IMG/VR virus record: IMGVR_UViG_3300006120_000015
Span: 64,001 to 95,146 of that record
Direction: 5' to 3' (one strand)
Length of the DNA: 31,146 nucleotides
DNA from: a virus
Taxonomy: Duplodnaviria > Heunggongvirae > Uroviricota > Caudoviricetes
How positions within the stretch are numbered: position 1 is the first letter of the stretch; every line of letters starts with the position of its first letter. Both the position numbers and the translations under genes were made by a program. The notes beneath the pieces were generated by a model. That model did not search any database. It saw nothing but the letters and a program-made list of their open reading frames with translations, and was not told the origin of the DNA. Shown here one piece after another: positions 1 through 9,500 of this stretch.

Positions 1-1
1 G

Positions 2-1657
2 AATTCAACCTTGAATATTAACAATGGTTATTTGACAAACATTTCTATGTTGCCATACATTCGCCAACAACAAATTGGTTTCTATACACAAGGTTTGTTG
101 GTGAATACGCCTGTGTCTGTATGGTTTGATAATCAAAACGTAGACCAATACATCACAATGCCAAATACTATTGAATTGACTGGTGTATCTGGTACATTCA
201 ATCAAGGTGACGTTGTTGGTTTCTATCAAGCCAATACATTCTACCCAACAGCTCGTGTAGAAGGTACATACGTATATCCATATTCAACGAACGTTCGTTT
301 GTATGTTTCTGATGTACTTGGTGCACCTTTGTACACAACTACAAATACAGTACAAAACGGTATCTTTAACTCAAGTGGCATTTATATTGGTTCAACCGCA
401 TCTGGTTCTATCAACACAGGTATTTCTAGAATCAGTTCTCATGGGCAAGTTACTGGTGTTGGTGGTGGTTACACGATCAATGGTCAAACAGTACAAATTT
501 ATGCTGTTCAAGACCCATCAAACTGGTCAACATTTATGAACCAGTATGCTGTTTGGGGTGACTTGAATAGAACTGCTTCATACACAGGTTCGTTTACTGT
601 GATACCAACAATTGCCGGCACATACAAATATACATATGCTAGTACTGGTGGTAGTACTGGTTCAGGCAATACAACAATTTACGCAAATAATACAACACTT
701 GTTTCAACTACAACACCTAACTATACTGCACCGACAGCAGGTTCTTTTGCAATTACTTCCGCTCAATTAAAATCTCCTTTGACATTGAGCTGGTCGGTAA
801 CTGGTGGCAACGGAACTCCAGCAGGAACTGCCGGTTTGGCTCTCGTTGTTGTTGATCCTACAGGTAATACTGTGTTTACTTCAACACACCCACCTGCATT
901 ACCATACATCAACACATCTTCTGAGTTGTTGATGCCACAAGGTGGCGCATACTTTAGTGGTGTTACTGCACTTTCATTGGATCAAAAAGCAACCGGTAAT
1001 ACATCAACATATTATCAAGGTGCTAAGATTCAAATCACATCAACATATGTTTACTCATACACAACAAGTACTGCAACATATGTTCCACCACCTCCACCAA
1101 GTGGTGGTGGCGGCGGTAAGATCATCTGTAACAAACTTGCACAGATGGGTTACTTTGACCATGCAATGAACGAAGCTGACCAAAGATTTGGTGCTCAGTT
1201 GCGTGACAAAGATAATGATGCGTATCGTGGTTATATTCGTTGGGCACAAACAGTTGTTGACTTAATGGATGGGCAAGGTTCAGAAAAACTACGTAAAGTT
1301 ATTTTGTTCTGGGAAAAAGATGCACAACGTAGAATAGAAATACAAAAGAATATCGTTTCTTATTATATGGATATGTTAGCACGTCCATGGGCAGAAGAAA
1401 TGGCCTTCAGAATGAAAGCAAAAGGTTATACTGAATCTAATCCAGCAGGCAGAATGATTATGAATATTGGTTTGCCATTGTGCCGTAAGATTGGTAAGGT
1501 CCAACGTAACACCAAGTTGCCATTGGCGGCTAAGATTTTGACGATTTGGGGTACAGTAACTGTATTATTGGTAGGTGTTCTTGCAATCTCTGGTACAAAC
1601 CTCGTTTTGAACAAGATTAAAAACTTGTTCAAAAGAGAACCAAAAACATCACAATAA
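2..1657 (+). CDS. 5'-truncated large virion structural protein (DUF4815/VrlC-like, N-terminal/middle part) ending in PPPPPSGGGGG linker, 'KIIC' helical domain and C-terminal TM helix
   Basis: Frame is open from nt 2 (NSTLNINN...), so the TTG at 11 is probably not the real start. 'ISMLPYIRQQQIGFYTQGLLVNTPVSVWFDNQNV' resembles the PYIR..I.F...gLkPnT...FFD..V motif of DUF4815/VrlC-like T4-like structural proteins. Hydrophobic stretch ILTIWGTVTVLLVGVLAISG near the C-terminus. Confidence 0.75.
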   Translation, partial: NSTLNINNGYLTNISMLPYIRQQQIGFYTQGLLVNTPVSVWFDNQNVDQYITMPNTIELTGVSGTFNQGDVVGFYQANTFYPTARVEGTYVYPYSTNVRLYVSDVLGAPLYTTTNTVQNGIFNSSGIYIGSTASGSINTGISRISSHGQVTGVGGGYTINGQTVQIYAVQDPSNWSTFMNQYAVWGDLNRTASYTGSFTVIPTIAGTYKYTYASTGGSTGSGNTTIYANNTTLVSTTTPNYTAPTAGSFAITSAQLKSPLTLSWSVTGGNGTPAGTAGLALVVVDPTGNTVFTSTHPPALPYINTSSELLMPQGGAYFSGVTALSLDQKATGNTSTYYQGAKIQITSTYVYSYTTSTATYVPPPPPSGGGGGKIICNKLAQMGYFDHAMNEADQRFGAQLRDKDNDAYRGYIRWAQTVVDLMDGQGSEKLRKVILFWEKDAQRRIEIQKNIVSYYMDMLARPWAEEMAFRMKAKGYTESNPAGRMIMNIGLPLCRKIGKVQRNTKLPLAAKILTIWGTVTVLLVGVLAISGTNLVLNKIKNLFKREPKTSQ

Positions 1658-1660
1658 ATA
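1653..1660 (+). promoter_or_regulatory. T4-type late promoter (AATAAATA) overlapping the stop codon
   Basis: 7/8 match to TATAAATA, followed by AGGA SD and ATG at 1684. Confidence 0.6.
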
Positions 1661-1683
1661 GCTGATATCGAATAGGATTCTAA

Positions 1684-3942
1684 ATGTCATATAATTATAC
1701 AACAAGTCCAACACAAATCTTATCACAGACAATCACACAAACCGCAAACGTGGTTACGTATGATCCTGTGAATAAGATTGTTTTCTTAGATAAACCAGTT
1801 AACGTGTCTTTAGGATATAACTCGGTTGTTGGTCAAGTAACCTCACAATATAGCTTTATTGGTAACTCCGTAAACGTTAGCCAAGCTATACAGAATGGCG
1901 GATTACCTAAACTATCAACTGATGAATCCGGTAAATTTATTGGTATTTTCAATGTGCCACCTGGAAAATTTCAAACAGGCACAAGAATTTTCCGTGTAGA
2001 TAATAGAACAGTTGCAACCGATCCAACAAGCGCAACATGTTATGCAGAAGCTTCATTTACAGCATCTGGTCTTTCTACTGCTTCTCAGAAATTAGATTTT
2101 GCTCCATCTGTAGATTCATCATCACAGACATTTACATCAGTTTCTGCAACACCAAGTCAGTTGATTAGTACAATTACGACATATACACCATATGATCCTA
2201 TTGCACAAAGCTTTATTTTTGATAAGAAGAACTATCCCAACGGCGTATTCTTAAACTCAATCAAAATTTTCTTTGCTAAAAAACCATTGTCAGGAAACTT
2301 CCCTGTTAAACTCTCTATTGTTCCAACATTGAATGGTACTCCTTCAGGTTCGGCTCTTGCTTATTCAACAGTTACATTAAGTGGTGACCAGATTCTCACA
2401 TCTTCTGCGCCTCACTTTTTGGATCCAACAACATACACCGAGTTTATGTTCCAAGCTCCTGTATATGTTCAACCTGGTGTGTTGTATGCGTTCTTGTTAC
2501 AAGCAAATTCACCAGACTATCAAGTTTATTTTGCACAACAAAATCAATTGGCAGTTCCTTCAACAGCAAGGGCTCTACCTACAGATTCTTTACCGACAAA
2601 GACCACAAAAATTGGTAACGCACCATATGTTGGTGCTTTGTTTGAGTCACAAAACTCTATCACATGGACAGCCGATCAAACTAAAGACTTGATGTTTGTT
2701 ATCGATCAATGTGTATTTGATACAACAAAACAACCACAGATTCAGTTCAATGTGTTGCAAGGTCTACCATTCAGAAAAATGGGTAGAAATGATATTATGC
2801 ACACAATTAATCCTGCACTTGTCTCTAATATGTACGGAAACTTTGGTAGTATGACAGGTTTGGCTGCAAACAATGGTGCAACACAGATTTCAAAATCAAT
2901 TCGTACTGATGCAATCAATTTAACAACCACAGACTTTGTGCCAACAGGCGCATCTATTGGTTACCAATACAGTGCAACACTTGCAAGTTCTGGTGCAGCT
3001 GACGGTCCATACAATGTAACACCTGGTAAACACGGTTCACCTACACCTGATAATATTTTCATGGGTGACGGCCAAGGTGAACGTCTATTGGTTTCAAATT
3101 CAAATACATCATTTACTATGACAGCAACCATGTTATCAAATGATGCGAATGTGTCTCCAATCATATCAGATGATGGTGTTTCTCTATACAACCTTCGTTA
3201 TATGATTAATAACATGGGATTGAGTAACGCTGTTATTGCATTAGTCAACGGAGGTTCAGGTTACTTGAGTAACAGTAACGGTGTAATCACATCTGGTACA
3301 AGTAACGCATCTATTGTTGTTTCTGCACCTGACGATACAGTTAACGGTTCACAAGCTCAACTTGCTGCTAACGTTGTACTAGGCACAATTAATAGCGTAT
3401 ACGTTGTTAATCCTGGTGCAGGTTACTTGACCTCACCAACAGTTACTATCACCGGTGCAAATACTGTAACAGCAAACGTTACAGTAACAGGTGAAAGTTC
3501 TCCACACGGTGGCAACTCATGGTGTAGATACTTCACTAAGAAAGTTGTATTGGCTGCAGGACAAGATTCTGGTGACCTTCGTGTGTACTATACTGCATAC
3601 AAACCAACAGGAACACAAGTATATGTGTACTACAAACTGTTGAGTTCTAACGACACACAAAAATTTGATGATGGTTCATGGCAGTTGATGACACAGGTAT
3701 CTCCTGTGGCTTACTCGACAGACCGTAATAACTATATCGAATTTGAGTGTGCTCCAGGTAATTGGGCTGTAGGTGGCGGAACTGCTTACAACAAGATTTC
3801 ATACACAAGCAACAACGGCAGTACATACAACACGTTTATCCAGTTTGCAATTAAAATTGTATTAGCTACAAGCGACAACACCGATCCTCCAATATTGACC
3901 GATATTCGTGCATTGGCGTTGCCACAAGGAACAGGTATCTAA
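1684..3942 (+). CDS. Large virion structural protein, C-terminal part of DUF4815/VrlC-like protein (752 aa)
   Basis: 'YDPIAQSFIFD...GVFLNSIKIFFAKKP...PVKLSIVPTLNGTP', 'TADQTKDLMF' and the terminal 'FIQFAIKIVLAT...PPILTDIRALAL' are typical of the C-terminus of this family. It has its own SD (AGGA). Confidence 0.8.
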   Translation: MSYNYTTSPTQILSQTITQTANVVTYDPVNKIVFLDKPVNVSLGYNSVVGQVTSQYSFIGNSVNVSQAIQNGGLPKLSTDESGKFIGIFNVPPGKFQTGTRIFRVDNRTVATDPTSATCYAEASFTASGLSTASQKLDFAPSVDSSSQTFTSVSATPSQLISTITTYTPYDPIAQSFIFDKKNYPNGVFLNSIKIFFAKKPLSGNFPVKLSIVPTLNGTPSGSALAYSTVTLSGDQILTSSAPHFLDPTTYTEFMFQAPVYVQPGVLYAFLLQANSPDYQVYFAQQNQLAVPSTARALPTDSLPTKTTKIGNAPYVGALFESQNSITWTADQTKDLMFVIDQCVFDTTKQPQIQFNVLQGLPFRKMGRNDIMHTINPALVSNMYGNFGSMTGLAANNGATQISKSIRTDAINLTTTDFVPTGASIGYQYSATLASSGAADGPYNVTPGKHGSPTPDNIFMGDGQGERLLVSNSNTSFTMTATMLSNDANVSPIISDDGVSLYNLRYMINNMGLSNAVIALVNGGSGYLSNSNGVITSGTSNASIVVSAPDDTVNGSQAQLAANVVLGTINSVYVVNPGAGYLTSPTVTITGANTVTANVTVTGESSPHGGNSWCRYFTKKVVLAAGQDSGDLRVYYTAYKPTGTQVYVYYKLLSSNDTQKFDDGSWQLMTQVSPVAYSTDRNNYIEFECAPGNWAVGGGTAYNKISYTSNNGSTYNTFIQFAIKIVLATSDNTDPPILTDIRALALPQGTGI

Positions 3943-3943
3943 T

Positions 3944-4180
3944 ATGTTAGTTAAGGTTAATAATACAAATTTTGTGAGAGATACAAACTCAATGGCATTA
4001 TTGAACACAGATCAAAATGCTAGAAACGAGTATTATAATAAAGTTCGTCAGGCACAACTACAAAAACAAGAAATAAATACCGTTAAAGAAGAAGTGCAAA
4101 ACATAAAGTCTGATGTAACTGAAATCAAACAGTTACTAAAGAAACTATTAGAAGGTTCAAATGGCTCAACCAACGTTTAA
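3944..4180 (+). CDS. Small conserved hypothetical protein with C-terminal coiled coil (78 aa)
   Basis: ATG at 3944, 1 nt after the upstream stop. 'VKV...FVRD..SMALLN.D' plus 'VQNIKSDVTEIKQLLKKLL' resembles the small gene that follows DUF4815 genes in T4-like phages. Confidence 0.75.
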   Translation: MLVKVNNTNFVRDTNSMALLNTDQNARNEYYNKVRQAQLQKQEINTVKEEVQNIKSDVTEIKQLLKKLLEGSNGSTNV

Positions 4181-5852
4181 TCCAGCTGCTCAATTTAGTT
4201 TATTGACAAACGCCAATACCTTTCAGGATTGGTTGACTACGACCAACTCTTTGGTACAACAAAACAACGACTTGGCAGCCAATAACTTTTACAAAAATAC
4301 TGGTACTCTTTATCTAAATGATTCCACTCTGGCTTTGTCTACAAACAGTTCAGTTACATTGGGTGGTACAACAACTATTAATAGTGCAGTCGTTACAACA
4401 CTTAGAACAACCGGTAACTTTATCGTAAGCGGAAATACATTATATCAATCAAACAACTTCTTATTGAATTCTAGTTCCGGAACCAACATAACTGGTTCTT
4501 TTGGCGTATACAGACCACAATCATCATCGAATTCTGCGATTAGATGGAATGAATCTGGACAATATTGGGATATTCTTGACGTAAATAACTCAATACCAGG
4601 AACACAGTATTCACAAATTTTGACAGCCAACTTGGTCAGCAGTTCTCTGTTGTCCACATCGACTACAACACTTGCAAGTTCAAATACTGTCAACGCATTA
4701 TTCTCTCTAGTATCAACCACTTCTGCAAACGCATCAAACTCTTTTACTGGCACGACAGGTACTGCAAAGCCAATCAATGGTGCAGTAACTTTACTGAGCA
4801 ATAACGGTATTAGTATTGTTGGTTCTGGCAATACAATCTACTTTAATACACAACAAGACCTAAGAAATACTGCAAGTCCTATTTTTGCATCAATTAGTTT
4901 AACATCACCTTTGTCTTTGAGTCAAGGTGGTACTGGTGCAAATACTGCGGCAGGGGCTTTAAATGCCATTCTTCCACAGTCTGGCCAAATCTCCGGTTAC
5001 GCACTATCAACAAACGGTGCAGGCACATATTATTGGGGTCCAGGGGGTAGCGGAAATAATAGCAACGGCAATACAATCATAACACGCCGTACTTATTATA
5101 CAGCAACTGGCGGTCAAACCATATTTACTGGAACCTCACCATACGTACAAAACTCGGGTCAATTGCGTGTTTATATTAACGGTGTAAGAAACTATGCAAC
5201 AGAATATACCGAAACTTCTACAACATCATTCACATTGAATTCCGGTGCAACAGCCGGTGATACAATTATGGCGGAAGTTGATGCTTATACTTCGGCTATT
5301 TTTGCAAATACTATTCCTTATACTGTTAACCAACAAATCAGCACACAATATACCACAATACAATCCGCTATTGATGGTACACTTGTCTATGCCAATGCGG
5401 CATATACTTTGGCTAACACAACAGCCAACACGGTTACTACAACACTAGCGACAAATAGTAATGCACAATTTAAAACGCTTGGTATTGGTACAACCGGTGA
5501 TTCTGCAAACACTGGTAGTATTCGTGCAACAGGTGATATTACAGCGTTCTATTCTGACGACAACCTAAAAAATAGATTGGGAACAATCGATAACGCACTT
5601 GATAAACTATGCAGTTTGACTGGTTTCTTCTACGAACCAAACGAAAAAGCTATTGAATTGGGTTATCCATTACAGAGACATGTTGGTGTTTCTGCACAAG
5701 ACACACAAAAAGTTTTGCCGGAGATTGTTAAACCTGCACCTATCTCCGACCGTTATCTGACAGTTCAATATGATAAGTTTGCACCGTTGATTATTGAGGC
5801 GATTAAAGAGTTGAGAGCTGAAGTTGAAGAATTAAAAGGACAAATTAAATGA
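4161..5852 (+). CDS. Tail/accessory fibre protein with C-terminal peptidase S74 intramolecular chaperone domain
   Basis: N-terminal 'NTFQDWLTTTNSL' motif and a Thr/Ser/Asn-rich body. C-terminal 'YSDDNLKN..TIDNALDKLCSLTGFFY....VGVSAQDTQKVLPEIV....LTVQYDKFAPLIIEAIKELRAEVEELK' matches S74 (Ser465 at nt 5553). Confidence 0.85.
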   Translation: MAQPTFNPAAQFSLLTNANTFQDWLTTTNSLVQQNNDLAANNFYKNTGTLYLNDSTLALSTNSSVTLGGTTTINSAVVTTLRTTGNFIVSGNTLYQSNNFLLNSSSGTNITGSFGVYRPQSSSNSAIRWNESGQYWDILDVNNSIPGTQYSQILTANLVSSSLLSTSTTTLASSNTVNALFSLVSTTSANASNSFTGTTGTAKPINGAVTLLSNNGISIVGSGNTIYFNTQQDLRNTASPIFASISLTSPLSLSQGGTGANTAAGALNAILPQSGQISGYALSTNGAGTYYWGPGGSGNNSNGNTIITRRTYYTATGGQTIFTGTSPYVQNSGQLRVYINGVRNYATEYTETSTTSFTLNSGATAGDTIMAEVDAYTSAIFANTIPYTVNQQISTQYTTIQSAIDGTLVYANAAYTLANTTANTVTTTLATNSNAQFKTLGIGTTGDSANTGSIRATGDITAFYSDDNLKNRLGTIDNALDKLCSLTGFFYEPNEKAIELGYPLQRHVGVSAQDTQKVLPEIVKPAPISDRYLTVQYDKFAPLIIEAIKELRAEVEELKGQIK

Positions 5853-6169
5853 CAACAAAAGTTACCGACTCATCATTGACCACCACAGGTGTCTCTGCTG
5901 GAACATATGGATCAGCATCAAATACACATTTAATTTCTGTTAACTCAGCAGGTAGAGTTACCTCAATTACAAACGTTGTAATTTCCATTGCAAATACACA
6001 AATTTCTGGTGTAGTTAATACCTCAGCTAACTTATTGACCGCCAATGGTTTTTCTATTTCCGAATCCGCTGGAAAACTTTACTTTAAATATGGTAATACT
6101 GCGTTAGCATCTCTAGATCAACGTGGTAATTTAGTTGTGGCAAATACGGTTACTACCGGAACACCATAA
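5849..6169 (+). CDS. Small fibre-associated structural protein (106 aa)
   Basis: ATGA overlap with the upstream stop. 'GVSAGTYGSASN...ISVNSAGRVTSITNV' is a motif typical of phage fibre segments. Confidence 0.75.
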   Translation: MTTKVTDSSLTTTGVSAGTYGSASNTHLISVNSAGRVTSITNVVISIANTQISGVVNTSANLLTANGFSISESAGKLYFKYGNTALASLDQRGNLVVANTVTTGTP

Positions 6170-6188
6170 TCTGACATAAAAACGAGAT

Positions 6189-6196
6189 TATAAATA
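6189..6196 (+). promoter_or_regulatory. T4 late promoter TATAAATA, 5 nt before ATG (no SD)
   Basis: Perfect consensus match. Confidence 0.75.
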
Positions 6197-6201
6197 CCAT
6201 T

Positions 6202-6558
6202 ATGGCAGCAACATACTTAGACCTTTTCATTGAGCAGGGAACAGATTACAACAACCAGATTGCGTTGGATGACACCAATGGTGCAGCCTACAATCTAGTT
6301 GGGTTCTCCGTATCTTCTGCCGCAAAGACTTCGTATTACACTGCAAATACGGCTTTCGTTTTTACTGCATCGATTCCCGATCCAGTTAATGGTATTATTC
6401 AATTGAGCGCCAACTCCGCAACAACAGCAAACGTTTCGGCTTCTAAAAAGTTGGTATATGATGTGATTGTTACAGACCCAAATGGTCTAAAAAGTCGTGT
6501 CTTGGAAGGACAAATTTATGTCACTCCAGGTGTAACTGGTATAACACTCACATCATAA
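6202..6558 (+). CDS. Conserved small virion adaptor protein (BppU/LtfC-like Ig fold, tentative)
   Basis: 'YLDLFIEQGTDY..IALDD..G..YNL.G....AAKTSY....G.IQLS....T......VYDVIV......SRVLEGQIYVTPGVT' matches a widespread family in T4-like fibre regions. Confidence 0.75.
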   Translation: MAATYLDLFIEQGTDYNNQIALDDTNGAAYNLVGFSVSSAAKTSYYTANTAFVFTASIPDPVNGIIQLSANSATTANVSASKKLVYDVIVTDPNGLKSRVLEGQIYVTPGVTGITLTS

Positions 6559-6567
6559 AGTAGAACA

Positions 6568-9500
6568 ATGTCAAACAATTACAATAATAGAAATGGTGTA
6601 AATAAGGCTAGAGTTAACAGTTCTACCGTTTTTACTGGTTCTACCGCTGTTAATCAAGTCGTTCAAGACATTTTTAATGTTGCGAATACATCTGCAAATA
6701 CAGCGAACACTGCCTACAACTTTGCAAATAGTGTTTATGGAGCTGCAAACGCAGCCATGGCAAGCGCCAACTCGGCGGTTGCAAACTCCGTAACTGCATT
6801 AGTATACGCAAATGCGGCTTTCGCACAAGCAAACACAGACGCTACGAACATAGTTATTACCGGTAACTATGCAAATGCAGCCTTCACAGAGGCAAATTCT
6901 GCATCCGTATATGCTAATGCAGCATTCCAATACGCCAACGCAGCCGAATCTTATGCAAACTCCGCATTTATTGCGGCTAATGCAGCCTTTGTTGCAGCTA
7001 ATTCAGATGCAACAGCAAGAATTGTTGTGGGTAATTATGCTAACGCAGCTTACCTACAGGCAAACGTTGCAACACAAGAAGCAGTCACATCTGGTGTATA
7101 CGCTAACTCAGCTTATGCACAATCAAACGTTGCAACTCAAGAGGCGATTACATCTGGTGTATATGCAAACGCAGCATATACAACCGCAAACACGGCCGTA
7201 CAAGAAGCAGTTACAGCTGGTGTATATGCAAACGCAGCCTTTGCATTAGCCAACTCTGCATTTGGTGGTGAAACTTCTGCTGGTTCATACGCAAACTCTG
7301 CATTTACCTTAGCAAACACCGATGCCAATAACATCGTAATTGTTGGTAACTACGCTAACGCTGCATATGCGTTTGCTAACACCATCAATACAACTTCTTA
7401 CGCAATTAATGCGTTACAAAATACAAACATTACATCTGCGGCAACTTATGCTAACGCTGCATATTCTGCACAAAATACAACAGGTGTATATGCAAACAGT
7501 GCATACATTCAAGCCAATGCGGCATTTGGTGTATCTAATTCTGCAAGTTCTTATGCTAACGGTGCATTTGCAGCTGCGAATAATGCATACCAACTAGGTG
7601 GTGTGGTTGTTGGTGGTTATGCAAACTCTGCTTACCTACAAGCAAACGCAGCCTATAATGCACAAAACACTACAGGCATCTTTGCAAACGGTGCATATCA
7701 ATTTGCTAACTCCGCTGGCGTATATGCTAACGGTGCGTTCACACAGGCTAACACAAAGGTAAGTAAGTCTGGTGATACCATGACTGGTACCTTGAATATT
7801 GCAACAGGTTCTGGCCTATCACTTAATACTTCTGGTCCTATCATCGTTGGTGGTGATATAACCATTACTGGTAACTTGAACCTATCAGGTTCTGCAAACC
7901 ACTACTCTGCAAACTCGTTGTCCGTAACTGATCCGATGATCTATATGGCAACAAATAACTCAGGTGATGCAGTTGATATTGGTTTTATTGGTCACTTTGT
8001 AGGCACCGGCAACACAGGATTCTCACACTACCAACACACAGGTTTGGTTCGTGACGTTAATGACCGTAAATGGAAACTGTTTTCAAACGTTGTATCAGAA
8101 CCAACAGCAACAGTTTTATTTGATGCAAACACCTCTTACGACACATTAAAAGTTGGTGTCATCGAAGCTGGTGCAGCAAACGTAAACAACTACGATTTAT
8201 TCACATACATTGGTAACGCATATCAATCCGGTAACGTTGCTGGTGTGTATGCCAATGCGGCATTCCTTGCACAAAATACTACTGGTGTTTACGCAAACAC
8301 TGGTCTACAGTATGCAAACTCTGCTGGTGTTTATGCTAACGCAGCCTTTAGTGAAGCAAACGTAATCTTTGCACTTGCAAACGTACACTCAAACAACATT
8401 ACGATTGTTGGTAACTACGCTAACGCTGCGTTCACAGAAGCTAATTCAGGTTCTGTATATGCTAATGCCGCTTTTGCTTTTGCAAACACTATCAATACAT
8501 CGTCATCTGCAATCAATGCAGTACAAAATACAAACATAGGTATCGTTGGTACATATGCAAACGGTGCGTACCAAGCTGCAAACTCAGCAGGTTCTTATGC
8601 AAACGCAGCTTTTGCTTTGGCAAATACTGCATTTACTGGTGAATCTAGTGCAGGTGTGTTTGCAAACGGTGCTTATCAATACGCAAACTCAGCTGCGGTT
8701 TACGCAAATGCGGCTTTCGCACAAGCAAATACCGATGCAAATAACATTGTAATCGTTGGCAACTATGCAAATGCGGCATTTACCGAAGCCAACTCCGCAG
8801 CAGTATATGCTAATGCGGCCTTTGCAATCGCTAACGCAGCTTTTGGTGGTGAAACTTCTGCTGGTGTTTACGCTAACGCAGCTTTCGCATTAGCCAATAC
8901 TGATGCAAACAATATTGTTATCGTAGGAAACTATGCTAACGCAGCTTTTGCTTTGGCAAATAGTGCATTTGGTGGAGAAACCAGTGCAGGTATCTACGCT
9001 AACGCTGCATTTATTACTGCAAACTCAGCTGGTGTGTACGCAAACGGTGCATTGGCAGTTGCAAATAACTCATCCAACGTTGCAAACCTTGCGATTGTAA
9101 CAAGTAATGCAGCGTTCATTGCATCAAATACTGCAAACAGTTTCATCAATAGTGGTGGTACAATCAAGGGTCCAGTGAACCTTGGTGCAGTTGGATTGCC
9201 TACAGCAAACGTAAGTTCAGTACAAACATGGGCAAACACAGTCAACCAAGCCAACAGAATTGATTCTTTCCTAACATCTGCATATAGAACCGCAGCATAC
9301 GATGTTCAGTTGATTAATGGTTCTGGTTATCAAATGTCTAAGTTGATGTTGGTTCAACTTGAAACTGATGCGTTTGTAACAGAATTTGGTTCAATTTATT
9401 CTTACGCACCATCAGGTAATTTCTCTGCAAACGTTGTTTCTGGTACAGTGAACTTGAACTTCACTCCTACATATTCTAACACATATGTTATTCTGACCAG

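Noticed and set aside
1-6. Window begins with an EcoRI site (cloning junction?)
   Set aside because: The reading frame runs through it with family-consistent sequence, and internal GAATTC sites exist (e.g. near 4467 and 9561), so it is not a restriction-fragment end.
1655-1686. Sequencing frameshift as the cause of the split DUF4815-like gene
   Set aside because: Gene 1 ends in a coherent extra domain with a TM helix, and gene 2 has its own late promoter, SD and ATG. A single indel would not create these.
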